Shown here one piece after another: positions 45,974-56,205 of a stretch of 64,000 bases of DNA. How positions within the stretch are numbered: position 1 is the first letter of the stretch; every line of letters starts with the position of its first letter. The position numbers were made by a program, and so were the translations under genes. Below the pieces are notes generated by a model, which worked only from the letters and a program-made list of their open reading frames with translations, ran no database searches and was not told the origin of the DNA. The stretch is from a virus (taxonomy: Duplodnaviria; Caudoviricetes). The DNA is taken from IMG/VR virus record IMGVR_UViG_3300031413_000603, positions 12,150 to 76,149 of that record; one strand, given 5' to 3'.

Positions 45974-48076
45974 TTAAGCGTTTCCACGGACGCCATCAGC
46001 GCCGAGGGTCTCTATCCCTGCCTCTTGCCCAAGGGCTGGGCTGGCTGGGGTCATGGGATTGGTGTTACTGGGCAGGTCAACGCTGGGGAGCGGGCCTGGC
46101 AGTTGCGGCACGATGGGTGCAGCGTCATGGTCCACCGCGCCTGCCGAACGCAGCAGGCCGTCTGCAAGCGTTGCGGTCTCTGGCGTTTGGGCGATGACCT
46201 GCGCCGTCTGCACAGCGCTGTATTGGCTCTTGACCTGCGTATCTGTTGCTCGCACATCAGCCTGGCGGGCCTGGGCGTCCAGCAGGCGCACACGCGCATC
46301 AACCACGGGGTCGGCCGGGGGCTTGTTACCCTCGATGGACGCCAGGATCTCTTGCTTGTCAGCCAAGTTGGAATAGCGCACCAGCACGGCTGGGGGGATA
46401 GGAGCCCCGGCCTTCATCATCTCCAGCGCTTGCTGGAACTGGCTGTTCTGGAAGGTCACCTGCATCGGCTGCTCGGAGATCACCACGTCATAGGTGCCCA
46501 CCGTCACGTCATTGAAGTAGCCGCCCGTCATCGGATCAAAGCGGTTGATCTCCAGCGCCTGCTCCACCTTCTTGCCCGTCATCGGGTCGGTCTCGGTGAT
46601 ACGAAATACCCGGTAGCTGTCGTAGTAGCGCTGGATGAGCTTCAGGATGCGGACGGCCAGCAGGTGGCGGGTATAGGCCAGGTTGTCCAGTGGCACGGCC
46701 AGCTGCTGCTGGCTGGCGAACTGCTTGGACTGGATGGCAATGCCCGAGACCTCCGGGCCTTGGCTGCCACGCATGGCGTCAGGCACCGTCACATCCTTGA
46801 GCGCCTTATCTGCGCGGTCGATGATCTTGTCGATGCCGGTGGGCACCTGGTTCGGCTGGATCTTCTGAGGCGCCGCGCTGCCCTTCTTGTACTCCACCAC
46901 AAGGCCGGTCTTGGCGCCCTGCTCCTGCAGCTGCTCCAGCGTCATGTTGGCTAGGGAGTCTTCTTGCACGATCCAGCCGCTGTTAGCGGAGGTGTTGACG
47001 ATGTGGACGTACTGGCTCACAGCCTTGTTCAGCGCCTCTTGCGGGCCCATGGCGTCATCCACCATGCCCACGGTCTGGCCGCGCCGGAAGTATGCGAAAT
47101 ACGGCACCACGGTGTAATGCTCGTAGGGGCTGTAGGTGTTATGCAGGGTGGCCGTGTATGTGGTCACAGTCCATTTGATGCGGCGCTTCATGCGCTTGGC
47201 ACGCACCGCGCCGTTGGCCAGGGCATCGGTAATAGAGTCGGCCGCCATGGTGGCCTCCACCTGCACATCTCCCGAGGCTGGCCAGACCAGACACTGAGTG
47301 AACTCGTAGACAAAGCGCTGGCGGTCAATGATGCGATAACGCTCCAGGCCGTCATCCTTTTGGGCCATGGCATCCGTCCAGCCGGTGCGGTCGCGGCTGC
47401 CGAACTTGCTGCGTGGCACTTCATCATCGAGGTCACCAAAGTCGCGGCCACCGTCGTTGCTCTCTTCGGCTGCCTTCCTTGCGGCCTTGCCGTACAGCTG
47501 CTCAATCTCGTCCAGCGTCAACCAGCGGGTGATGATCACATCGCCCCATTGGTCTGGGTCATAAGACTTGCTGTCAGGGTCTGGGACAACGTCCAGCGGG
47601 TCGAGCGTACCGATGACAATCTCGCCCTGGATGTTCTTGTCGAAGTCCATGCGCAGCTCGTAGTAGCCGCGCTGCTGGATCAGGCCATCCGAGAATGCCT
47701 GCGTCTCGTGCCAGTGCAGGTTGCACATGTCGGCCACCTGCATCGTCACCTTGGACAGGATCGTTGCGGTGTTCAGGTCCGCGTCTCCGCCCCGTGGCTT
47801 GAAGGCGATATCGGCGCGGTTGTGGATCTGGTAGCCAATGGCGGAATTCACCGACGGCTTGATCTGGTTGAACTCGTAGGCAGGCCGGCGCTCGCGTTGC
47901 AGTTGCGCCTTTTGCGCCGCCGTCCACTGCCGGCCGCCGCCCAGGTACATCTCCTCGCAACGGATGGCATGCGGCATGTAATCTAGGTGGCCGCGCACCT
48001 TGCCATACTCGTAGCGCTGCCAATTTTCACGGGCAGTCGAGTCGCTGGGGGAGTAGATGACGTCGAGGTTTGTCAT
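45974..48076 (-). CDS. Portal protein (P22/N4-like podovirus type)
   Basis: About 700 aa; RPAYEFNQIKP, DGLIQQRGY, VGTYDVVISE. Confidence 0.9.
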   Translation of the reverse strand: MTNLDVIYSPSDSTARENWQRYEYGKVRGHLDYMPHAIRCEEMYLGGGRQWTAAQKAQLQRERRPAYEFNQIKPSVNSAIGYQIHNRADIAFKPRGGDADLNTATILSKVTMQVADMCNLHWHETQAFSDGLIQQRGYYELRMDFDKNIQGEIVIGTLDPLDVVPDPDSKSYDPDQWGDVIITRWLTLDEIEQLYGKAARKAAEESNDGGRDFGDLDDEVPRSKFGSRDRTGWTDAMAQKDDGLERYRIIDRQRFVYEFTQCLVWPASGDVQVEATMAADSITDALANGAVRAKRMKRRIKWTVTTYTATLHNTYSPYEHYTVVPYFAYFRRGQTVGMVDDAMGPQEALNKAVSQYVHIVNTSANSGWIVQEDSLANMTLEQLQEQGAKTGLVVEYKKGSAAPQKIQPNQVPTGIDKIIDRADKALKDVTVPDAMRGSQGPEVSGIAIQSKQFASQQQLAVPLDNLAYTRHLLAVRILKLIQRYYDSYRVFRITETDPMTGKKVEQALEINRFDPMTGGYFNDVTVGTYDVVISEQPMQVTFQNSQFQQALEMMKAGAPIPPAVLVRYSNLADKQEILASIEGNKPPADPVVDARVRLLDAQARQADVRATDTQVKSQYSAVQTAQVIAQTPETATLADGLLRSAGAVDHDAAPIVPQLPGPLPSVDLPSNTNPMTPASPALGQEAGIETLGADGVRGNA

Positions 48077-48078
48077 GG

Positions 48079-49650
48079 TCAGGATGTGGCTTGGTCCCAA
48101 TGGCCAGCACGCGAGCTGAGGCTGTCTCTCCAGCTGGGCTTGGTCGGCTTGGTACGGGGTAATGGCATATCGCCAACGAAGGTCATGGCAACGCTGTCGC
48201 CCTTGTCGGGGCTGCGGCCGAGCGCCTTGCGGATGTCGTCTTTGCTGCTGATCTGGATGGCAGCACCCTTGCCCATGGTCACCACCTTGTACTGGGGCGC
48301 TGTCAGGTCTCCCAGCAGCTCTTGGTCAGGGGGTAGAGCAATGGGGTCTGGGCCGGTGGGGTCCAGCGCTTCACGCAGCAGCCAGTACATCTCAGCGCGC
48401 TTGTTGCGGAAGTGCAGCTGCCCGGCCTTGTCCATGAGACTGCTAGCCTCTGAGCCCACGACGGGATGCACATGGAGGTTGAGGCCCACCAGGAAATCGA
48501 GGGCGCTGGAGCCGATGCCGATGCTATCGACGGCAATAGGCGCACCATCACGCACCAGGGGCGTAACGAACCCGGCAGCCGTGGGGCCGTCCTTGGTCAC
48601 GACACCTGGAGCGGTCACCACCTTGTCAAACCAGCGGTCATGCCGGCGTGCCACAGAGGATTTATCCTGGCCGCCACGGGATGGATCGAAGCCAAGGGAG
48701 GTCATTGGCCCCTTCTGTTCGCGATCCTTCCAGCGGGCCTGCGCAGCCTTCACCCACTCGGTAGGGATCAGCTGCCAGACAGGGTCCTCTGCGCCTGCGT
48801 TGAAGTCGCCCTTGAGCATCTTGGAGCGAAGCGGCTCGGGCAGGGCCTGCAGCTTGGCCTTGTAGCCCGTGGTCATCAGGAACAGGTTGTCGTTGACGCT
48901 AGACGGGATGAAAGTGCGGCTCAGCGGCTGCACCATGTCTCCGCCCATCGCAATGGGCTCTGGCCCTGGAACCTCTTGGTCCTCGCCCTTTTCGTCGGTA
49001 ATGTACCAGCGCAGCTCACCTGGCTTAGCTGGGTTGGGGTGCATAGGGTCGAGCCACGCCGCCCAGTAACGCTTGACCCATTCGCCCTCTGCAGTCGTAG
49101 GCGGGTTGCCAGCACAGACCACACGCTGACGCACTTTTGGGTTGTCGGTGCGTAGCCAGCCCATCAGCATGCGGAACTGCAGCTCTGTGAAGTGGCAGAT
49201 TTCATCGAACAGCTTGGCGTCGTGTTCGCGGCCCTGGTACTTGATCCAGTCGCCCGGCTCTTTGACGCTGCCCAGCTCCATCACCCGGCCGCCTGGTAGG
49301 CGCCAAACGCCATCTTGGCTGTTGTAGCCCTTGCGCGTGCCAAGGATCTTGGTCATGCGCTCTTCGATGCCGACCAGCTGCACCGCCTCGCGCCGGAAGA
49401 TGATGCTGTGCTCTTGCTCTGTGGTGGCCAGGCCAAGCAGCAAGTCGGTCTTGCCGCCGCCGGCTGAGCCGCCGTAGAAGATGATGTCGGCGGGGCTGTG
49501 AAAGGCTGAGTGCTGTGGCCCGGCCTGGGGAACCCAGATGGCAGGGTCAGCTAAACGCAAAAATGCGTCCAGCTGCTCCCGCTGGGCAGCGGGCAGGTTC
49601 TTGAGCCGCGCCACGAGGTCTGCCGAGGTAGGCATAGGCTTGCGCATCAT
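48079..49650 (-). CDS. Terminase large subunit
   Basis: YGGSAGGGKTD, FDEICHF, GNPP, LGFDPSRGGQD, SPDKGDS. Confidence 0.95.
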   Translation of the reverse strand: MMRKPMPTSADLVARLKNLPAAQREQLDAFLRLADPAIWVPQAGPQHSAFHSPADIIFYGGSAGGGKTDLLLGLATTEQEHSIIFRREAVQLVGIEERMTKILGTRKGYNSQDGVWRLPGGRVMELGSVKEPGDWIKYQGREHDAKLFDEICHFTELQFRMLMGWLRTDNPKVRQRVVCAGNPPTTAEGEWVKRYWAAWLDPMHPNPAKPGELRWYITDEKGEDQEVPGPEPIAMGGDMVQPLSRTFIPSSVNDNLFLMTTGYKAKLQALPEPLRSKMLKGDFNAGAEDPVWQLIPTEWVKAAQARWKDREQKGPMTSLGFDPSRGGQDKSSVARRHDRWFDKVVTAPGVVTKDGPTAAGFVTPLVRDGAPIAVDSIGIGSSALDFLVGLNLHVHPVVGSEASSLMDKAGQLHFRNKRAEMYWLLREALDPTGPDPIALPPDQELLGDLTAPQYKVVTMGKGAAIQISSKDDIRKALGRSPDKGDSVAMTFVGDMPLPRTKPTKPSWRDSLSSRAGHWDQATS

Positions 49651-50624
49651 GCTTCGCCTCCTTGTCCCAACACGCCGCCCAGCACCCCCAGCATTGCCGG
49701 GTTGTCAGCCAGCATGCGCTCAATGCGCACAGCGCGCTCTGCATCCGTCATGGTGCGCAGCGACAGCGGGTCGGACTTTTGGTAGTTGTCGCTCGCGTAA
49801 ATTCCGAGGTGGCGGCAGAGCTTGTCCAGCACATCCAGCTGGTTGTGCATCTGGATCTCCACCCCGAACTTGGTTTGCTTGGCGCCGCAGTACAGCAGGC
49901 GGGCCGCCGGGCTCAGGTCTCGCGTGTCTTTCAGCACCACCCGTGATTCACCATCACCCGCGCAATGCGGGCAGGTTTCCACGGGAGGTAGCGCCAGGCT
50001 GAATCCAGCACCGCCCTTTTCGTTGAAGTGCTGGGGGTCCTTGCCTTGGCGCTCCCAGTCTTCCCGGTCCGCTTCCATCTCGTGATCGCTTCGCTGGTAC
50101 TTGTGGCCCACGCCGTAGCAGAAGCGGCAGCAGCTGACCTTGTTCTGCACCAGCTCTCGCGGGTCGGCCATGGCGATGGTGGCCAGCTTCTGGATGACGC
50201 GCTCTGCGTTGATCTCCAGCTTGGCTTGAAGCTTCTGCTGTGATTCCTCGATGGCGGCCTGAATGCTAAGTTTTGCTAAGAGCTGCGCAGCCTGCTCGTT
50301 TGCTGTGCGCGCGCTGTAACCGGCCCGGATTGCAGCCTGGGTGCCGTTCAGGTCCACCAGATACTCTTGGACGAAGCGCTGGTGGCGTGGGTCCAGAGCG
50401 GCCATCTTGGCGGTTACCGGCTTTTCCTTCTCCGGCCGGGTCCAGCCTTCCTTGCGTGCGCGCTTGCCGATGGCGGCATGGGTTACGCCGAAGGTCTTGC
50501 CGATCTCCCGCAGAGGTTCATTGGTGGTGGTGAAGGCGTGTTGAATCCCAGCCCAATCTGTAGGCTGAGCAGCGGTGCCCGTGTTGGGCGCTGAAGATGG
50601 CTTTTGAGGTTGTCCGGTTTCCAC
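49647..50624 (-). CDS. Terminase small subunit with extra HTH and Cys-rich insertion
   Basis: FVQEYLVDLNGTQAAIRAGYS; CCRFCYG...CPHCAG. Confidence 0.9.
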   Translation of the reverse strand: METGQPQKPSSAPNTGTAAQPTDWAGIQHAFTTTNEPLREIGKTFGVTHAAIGKRARKEGWTRPEKEKPVTAKMAALDPRHQRFVQEYLVDLNGTQAAIRAGYSARTANEQAAQLLAKLSIQAAIEESQQKLQAKLEINAERVIQKLATIAMADPRELVQNKVSCCRFCYGVGHKYQRSDHEMEADREDWERQGKDPQHFNEKGGAGFSLALPPVETCPHCAGDGESRVVLKDTRDLSPAARLLYCGAKQTKFGVEIQMHNQLDVLDKLCRHLGIYASDNYQKSDPLSLRTMTDAERAVRIERMLADNPAMLGVLGGVLGQGGEA

Positions 50625-50714
50625 ACTTCACATGGTTACCGGCACGGGGAAAGATTGGAAACCCCACAGGGGGGCTGGCACAATGGGGCACGATTGTCCA
50701 ACCTGCAATTCGGC

Positions 50715-51320
50715 ATGAACCACAACCCTAACGCTGAAGATCAATTACCTGGCAAGAAGCTGGCCCAAAGCATGAGCGAGTTCCCGCTTAAAGACGGTTT
50801 GCCGGATTTGCACCAGGCCGGAGGTATCCCTATGGGCGCAGGATCTGGAGGGGCGGCCTTGGCTGCGGGACTTAAGCGGTCTATGCTGGGAGAGCCAGCT
50901 TCCGCATCCGCCCGTATCGCCGGGGAGCTGAGTCTTTCAAAAGGAATTGACGCAGGGGGATTTGCTGCGTATCACGCTTCAGCACGGAAACCAGCAATTG
51001 CACAGCCTGATCCACCCCTACGAAATGCTGGGACGGAGGAGGTCAGGAGAATTCAGGAACACATTATTCGCCGTGAGCAATTGCAGAGGTTAAAGCAGGA
51101 GACACGAGCAGAGGAAGCTCTGGAGCTCCAGCGACGCGCTGTAGCCGCATCTGAAACAGCTCTTGAGGAGGAGCGAGAGCGCACTCGCGAAGCGCGGGTA
51201 GAAGCAGCTGTTCAAACCAAAGCTCGAAAAAAAGCTGATCGCCTCGCCCTGCTAGGTATTGTCGTGGGTGTAGTAGGCGCGCTTATTGGTGCGTGGCCCT
51301 ACATCAAAGATCAGCTCTGA
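50715..51320 (+). CDS. Counter-oriented moron: coiled coil with C-terminal TM anchor
   Basis: RLALLGIVVGVVGALIGAW at the C-terminus; opposite strand to late genes. Confidence 0.55.
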   Translation: MNHNPNAEDQLPGKKLAQSMSEFPLKDGLPDLHQAGGIPMGAGSGGAALAAGLKRSMLGEPASASARIAGELSLSKGIDAGGFAAYHASARKPAIAQPDPPLRNAGTEEVRRIQEHIIRREQLQRLKQETRAEEALELQRRAVAASETALEEERERTREARVEAAVQTKARKKADRLALLGIVVGVVGALIGAWPYIKDQL

Positions 51321-52138
51321 TAGGCTGCAATCCCACGCTCCCTCCTGGCATAAAACACGGATGTTCTTGTGCGGCCCAACCGCTTGGCCAGTGCTCCATC
51401 TGAGACGGTTCCAAGCAACGCCACCTCGGCCGGGCTCCAACGTTTCATGACAAGGTGAGCAGGGATTCCGAGTTTCTCTCTCAGCTTCCGAACTTGAGGC
51501 TGGGACTTATTCAGTCGCTTAGCAACCTCAGCATCAGACGCGGTCCCTAGCAGCACCGCCATCTCCTCTGGAACCTGCGAGGGTTCTACGTAGGCCGGAA
51601 TACCCCGCCTCTGGCGGTGATTCTGTATGGTCGCGGCGGCCAACCCGACCTTTTGCGCGAGCTCCGCATCCTTCATAGTGCCGAGGAGATGATCAAAAAT
51701 AGGCTTTGGTGCGATTCCAGGCTCGCAGAACGTAGCAATCCCCATCCTGAGCCGGCGGACACGCACGGCTGCATGCGTTCTCCCAAGCAATGCAGCCAAA
51801 TCTCGATCTTTCATCGTTCCTAGCAGTTCCACCTCATCTGCCGTCCACTTCGGGCGCCGGTGTGGTGCGCGCTCGATCCCGAGCTTGACTCGTTTCTTGC
51901 GCACGGTGGAAACATCGCGCCCGATTTTTTCTGCCAGCACAGCATCTGGAATTGATCCAAGCAGCGCAGTGTGCACAGGATCCCAATTAATTGCGGCAGG
52001 GACGCAAGGGATTTTGCGGCAATTTCTGCCAGTGGTCACCTGGGCAATACTCAGACCTGTCTTGCGCGCCACCTCTCGGTCGGTATCTGTCCCCAGCAGC
52101 GCCACCTGCTGTTGAGACAAGGTTATACGTTTTTTCAC
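51311..52138 (-). CDS. Protein of six tandem ~45-aa HTH-like repeats
   Basis: Repeat W...E.ALLGT..D..LA..LG.....V...R..LGI occurs six times. Confidence 0.85.
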   Translation of the reverse strand: MKKRITLSQQQVALLGTDTDREVARKTGLSIAQVTTGRNCRKIPCVPAAINWDPVHTALLGSIPDAVLAEKIGRDVSTVRKKRVKLGIERAPHRRPKWTADEVELLGTMKDRDLAALLGRTHAAVRVRRLRMGIATFCEPGIAPKPIFDHLLGTMKDAELAQKVGLAAATIQNHRQRRGIPAYVEPSQVPEEMAVLLGTASDAEVAKRLNKSQPQVRKLREKLGIPAHLVMKRWSPAEVALLGTVSDGALAKRLGRTRTSVFYARRERGIAAYQS

Positions 52139-52683
52139 TGTGCACCCTCCCCTTCGGTTGCCTTCATGCCTTGCCGCTGCTTGTAGTCATTCGAGCGGAA
52201 CATGGCCTGAACCATGTTTGCCATTTCCAGCACGGCATTGGCACCTTCCAGCGCAGCTACCTGAGCGGCGGCGCCCGCTTGCAGCTCGGCCAGCATCCGG
52301 TTTTCCTGTGGCGTCAAGGTCAGCACTTCGTCGCCAATCTCCAGCTTAATGAGGCCGCCTGGCAAAATAGTCTTGCTGATGGCTCGCGCTGGCGGATGCA
52401 CTGCTACCGGCCTGTAAACGCCACGTTCTGGTGCCCAGATCAAACTGTCCTCCTTCAACGCCTTGAGGTTGTCGTCGACAGTGCTGAGCTTTAGCCCGCA
52501 TGCCCGCATGATTGCCTCCCGCGTGACAGGCAGCCCTTGGTTGTGAAGAGTGTGAACCGCGTCCAGCACTACTTGCTTTGCTACAGGGCCAACAGCAGGC
52601 CTTCTCCGGTCTGGTGCACCTGGAGCATCTTTGGAACCCAGAGTTTCCACGGTAGGCATTGGTGATGTGGTTTCAGAATTCAT
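52135..52683 (-). CDS. Winged-HTH hypothetical protein
   Basis: VTREAIMRACGLKLSTVDDNLKAL...ERGVYRP. Confidence 0.7.
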   Translation of the reverse strand: MNSETTSPMPTVETLGSKDAPGAPDRRRPAVGPVAKQVVLDAVHTLHNQGLPVTREAIMRACGLKLSTVDDNLKALKEDSLIWAPERGVYRPVAVHPPARAISKTILPGGLIKLEIGDEVLTLTPQENRMLAELQAGAAAQVAALEGANAVLEMANMVQAMFRSNDYKQRQGMKATEGEGAQ

Positions 52684-54103
52684 CGGGATACCTCTTTGAA
52701 ATGCGTTGACCGGTGGTGGTGTTGCTGGTGAGGGATTCGGTCGATTCGGACCAGCGCTGATACTTGCCGTCGAAGTGCAGCGCCATGTCGCTCTGCCCCA
52801 CATCCCGGCCCTTGATGGCGCCAAGGCCCTTGATGGATGGCTCATCGATGCCGCCCTTCTTGTGGTCCCACAGCACCAGGATTACGTCGGCGTCTTCCTC
52901 GATCGCGCCGCATTCCTTGAGGTCCGCCATGATTGGTTTGGGATTGGAGCGCTTCTCGACATCCCGGTTGAGCTGGGATAGCAAAGCAATGGTGATACCC
53001 AGTTGGCCAGCCAGGCGCTTTAGGGTGCGGGTGATCTCTTCCAGCTGCACCCGGCGGTCTTTTCGCTCATCGGTGGCCGTCATCAGTTGCAGGTAATCGA
53101 TGACAACCAGCTTGACCTTGTGCTTGCGCACCAGCTTGCGCGCCTTGGCAGAGATCTCCGCAATGTTTGCGCCTGGGCAGAATTCGAAGTACAGCGGGAG
53201 ATTTCTCATGCGCTCGATGGCATCCGGCACCCGGCCCAGGTCATCGTTGCTGAGCTGGCCTGTCTTCAGCAAGCGCAAAGGCACGCGGCCCAGGTTTGAT
53301 ACAGCACGCCGCATTAGCTCCTGCTCTACCATCTCCATACCTAAGAACGCAGAGGGATAGTCTCGTTCGGCCTGATTGATCGCGATTTGCTGTGCAAAAG
53401 AGGACTTCCCGATGGATGGACGCGCAGCGATGATGATCAGCTGCCCATCGAATAGGCCGCCTGCCAGGATGTAATCCAGTCCAGGGATGCCTGTTTCCCG
53501 CGCAAGCTCGATCTTCCCGTCTACCAAGTCCTCAAGATGTGCCAAGAACGGCAGGGCCAGCTCACCTACCGATTTCGCCTCAGAGGTTATACGGTCGTCG
53601 ACCACCTCTTCGAACATCGACACGGCGCGGCCGGTGATCTCCTCGGCAGACAGCGCCTTGTCGCGCAACAGGTCACCCAGCTTGTCGTATGCCTCAGACA
53701 CCAGGCGCAGCTTGTGCAGGTTCGCCACAATCTGGGCGTGGTGCGCAACCCTTCGCACGGAGGCGAAAGAACTGGCCAGGTTGTTCAGGTAGTTCGGCAG
53801 ATCGAAGGCATAAGCCTCGTCCACCTTGCCCTGTAGGCCCTGCAGCACGATCACAGGGTCGATGTCCTGCCCGGCCAGCACCAGAGCCTCCACCGCAGTC
53901 CAAATGCCTTTGTGCAGGGGGTGAGCAAAGCTGCCTGCCGAAATCAGCCCTGCAGCCTGGTCGAATGCTTCCGCGCCGCCACTGAGCAATGCACCCAGCA
54001 CGCTCTGCTCTGGAACCAGCGACGGATCCTTCCACATTGGCACTGCCTCGGGCGGAAACTGCCCGTCAAATTCGTTCATAGCGATATCGTTCCTGGCGTT
54101 CAT
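52673..54103 (-). CDS. dnaB: Replicative DNA helicase (DnaB family)
   Basis: AARPSIGKS, IDYLQL, LSQLNR, GAIEEDADV. Confidence 0.95.
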   Translation of the reverse strand: MNARNDIAMNEFDGQFPPEAVPMWKDPSLVPEQSVLGALLSGGAEAFDQAAGLISAGSFAHPLHKGIWTAVEALVLAGQDIDPVIVLQGLQGKVDEAYAFDLPNYLNNLASSFASVRRVAHHAQIVANLHKLRLVSEAYDKLGDLLRDKALSAEEITGRAVSMFEEVVDDRITSEAKSVGELALPFLAHLEDLVDGKIELARETGIPGLDYILAGGLFDGQLIIIAARPSIGKSSFAQQIAINQAERDYPSAFLGMEMVEQELMRRAVSNLGRVPLRLLKTGQLSNDDLGRVPDAIERMRNLPLYFEFCPGANIAEISAKARKLVRKHKVKLVVIDYLQLMTATDERKDRRVQLEEITRTLKRLAGQLGITIALLSQLNRDVEKRSNPKPIMADLKECGAIEEDADVILVLWDHKKGGIDEPSIKGLGAIKGRDVGQSDMALHFDGKYQRWSESTESLTSNTTTGQRISKRYPDEF

Positions 54104-54852
54104 AGCCCTCCCGTCCGGTGGCTAGGCCACTTGCACAACAGCAGCTGCGAGTTCTCCCGCAGCCGGTCGTATGCGCGTTCGCCCAGCGTCTTCTGCATGT
54201 CCGGGCCCTTGAGGTTGGACAGCACCACCGTTGGACGGCCGAGCTTGTAGCGAAGGTCGATCACGTCCAGCAGCTGCATGCGCTCCTTATCCGTGTCGAA
54301 TCCCACGCCGACCTCGTCGATCACCAGCAAGCCCATGCGGCCAAACCGATCAATCACCTCGCCCTCGGTTTCCAGGCCTGCGCCGCTTTTGCGGCCCCAG
54401 GTATCCCGGAGCAATCGAACCAGCTCCCGAGCGCTGAAAATCGCCGCCTCGGAGTGTCGCGCATGGATGAAATGGCTCACCATCGCGCTGCCCAAATGGG
54501 TTTTGCCGGTGCCCGGCGGTCCGACAAGCCAGAGATTCGTGCCCGCGTCCGGCTCTGCGGCGTCCACAAACGCCTGGCAGGCCGCTAGCACTTCGTTCTG
54601 AGCTGGGTGGCTGGTGTCGAAGTTTGCGAAGGTGGCGCGCAGCATGCGGCCTTCCATACCGCTTTGGCCCAGCATGTAGACCACCTCCTTGGCGCGCTGT
54701 TCGGCCTGCGCTTGCAGCCGAGCCTGTTGGTCACGCTCATTGATCTCAGCCTGCACACACCCCCAGCACCGCGTCCAGAAGCCCGTAAAGCTGGTTTTCC
54801 GGGATTCATAGTCGCCATGTACGGCGCAGTGTTCTTTTCGTGTTTCAGTCAT
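54100..54852 (-). CDS. DnaC/IstB-like helicase loader ATPase
   Basis: GPPGTGKTHL, LLVIDEVG, PTVVLSNL, YDRL. Confidence 0.92.
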   Translation of the reverse strand: MTETRKEHCAVHGDYESRKTSFTGFWTRCWGCVQAEINERDQQARLQAQAEQRAKEVVYMLGQSGMEGRMLRATFANFDTSHPAQNEVLAACQAFVDAAEPDAGTNLWLVGPPGTGKTHLGSAMVSHFIHARHSEAAIFSARELVRLLRDTWGRKSGAGLETEGEVIDRFGRMGLLVIDEVGVGFDTDKERMQLLDVIDLRYKLGRPTVVLSNLKGPDMQKTLGERAYDRLRENSQLLLCKWPSHRTGGL

Positions 54853-55733
54853 CTCCAGTTCTCCGCACCTTCGTAGTAGGCGGCATCAAAGCCCGATTGC
54901 TTTGTGCCCGGCGTCGCGGCCTTTGCGCCGTCGTTCGCCTTGCGCAACGGGAACAGGCCCTGCCAGCCGTTGGCAATTGCGTTCTCGATCACCGCAACCG
55001 GGTCCTGTCCTTCTTCGCGGTACTTCCCGAGGTTCCGCAGTTGCAGCTTGGCACCGTCTTCGGTGATGGGCCGCTTGGCCTGCTTGCGATTGCGAACCCA
55101 CATCTGCCAGGTCTCGTTTGGCAGCCAGTCAGGCAAGGCGATGGAGGCAGCGTCAAAGGCTTGAGAAGCTCGTGCGCGCTTATGTATTGGTTCCTTTACT
55201 GGTTCCATTACTGGTTCCTTACTGGTTCCGTGTCCCGTTTTTGGTACTGTTTCATGGGAAATTTGGGACTCTTTCATGGGAAAAACGGTACTGTTTGATG
55301 GGAAACCCGGTACTGTTCCGTTTCCGGTACTGTTCCGTTTTTGGGCTTCTTTAACAGTGCCAATTTCGGGACTGTTATCGTCGTCGTTCGGGGGGTAATC
55401 TGCCCCCTGGTTTTGGGAAAATTGGGACTCTTTCACATCAGCCTCAACAGGCCCAAAATTGGGTGTCTTTAGCCTGAAAATTGCGATCTGTTTTGTCCTG
55501 CCGGCCTTGCCTCCTGTGTCCTCGATGTAGCCCTTCTCCAGCAGGTATTTCATGCCCGCCAGAACTGTTTTGCGGTCCTGCGCGGTGGTTTCTGACAAGT
55601 GGGCAACCGATGGCCAGCACAACCAGTCTTCGGACTTTTCATTCACGCAGTCAGCCAAGGCCACCAGCAAGAATTTCGCGGGTGACTTCTGTAGTGGTTG
55701 AGCCAAGGCCCAGCGGATTGCGTCAAAGCTCAT
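54849..55733 (-). CDS. Phage replication initiator (wHTH)
   Basis: AKFLLVALAD...CWPSVAHL..T.QDRKTV; C-terminal NAIANGWQGLF. Confidence 0.9.
   Translation of the reverse strand: MSFDAIRWALAQPLQKSPAKFLLVALADCVNEKSEDWLCWPSVAHLSETTAQDRKTVLAGMKYLLEKGYIEDTGGKAGRTKQIAIFRLKTPNFGPVEADVKESQFSQNQGADYPPNDDDNSPEIGTVKEAQKRNSTGNGTVPGFPSNSTVFPMKESQISHETVPKTGHGTSKEPVMEPVKEPIHKRARASQAFDAASIALPDWLPNETWQMWVRNRKQAKRPITEDGAKLQLRNLGKYREEGQDPVAVIENAIANGWQGLFPLRKANDGAKAATPGTKQSGFDAAYYEGAENWR
55199..55334. repeat. Iterons inside the initiator gene (probable ori)
   Basis: GGTACTGTT at 55243, 55287, 55309 and 55326; ACTGGTTCC repeats at 55199-55229. Confidence 0.7.
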
Positions 55734-55806
55734 GCACCACCTTTCGTGGCGGTGCCGGAGGCCTTCAATGCATCGTGGACAGGCCCAGCGGCAGGCGTGC
55801 TGCCAT

Positions 55807-56205
55807 TCATCCCACAGCCCTCAGGTTTGTCGTGTCTCCCGTCTGCGCTTGCAGCTTGGCCAACGCCTTGAGCGCGATGTTCAGAGTTGCAGTGGCGCTG
55901 TCGATGGTGTCTGCAATGCGGGCGGCTTGATCCCCAGCAGCCTTACGATCTGGCCGGGCGTGCAGCGTCTCGTCGCATGCGTAGTAGAGTGGGTCGAAGG
56001 AGCCACAGAAGCGCATGGCGGCGATGATCTGCCCGAAGGTCAGCCGTTCATCCTTTTCTGGATTGAGGCAAGCACGTAGACGTGCGTGTGCCGAATCCAG
56101 CTTCATGTGGGGATAGAGGAATGCCGCGACCTCCTTGGCAGACTTCTCGCTGCTGGAGATCATTTGGGTCAGTGCGTCGTATTCGTCTTCGTAGATGGTC
56201 TTCAT
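55807..56205 (-). CDS. CII-like regulatory protein
   Basis: Position after cro; AHARLRACLNPEKDERLTFGQI. Confidence 0.7.
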   Translation of the reverse strand: MKTIYEDEYDALTQMISSSEKSAKEVAAFLYPHMKLDSAHARLRACLNPEKDERLTFGQIIAAMRFCGSFDPLYYACDETLHARPDRKAAGDQAARIADTIDSATATLNIALKALAKLQAQTGDTTNLRAVG

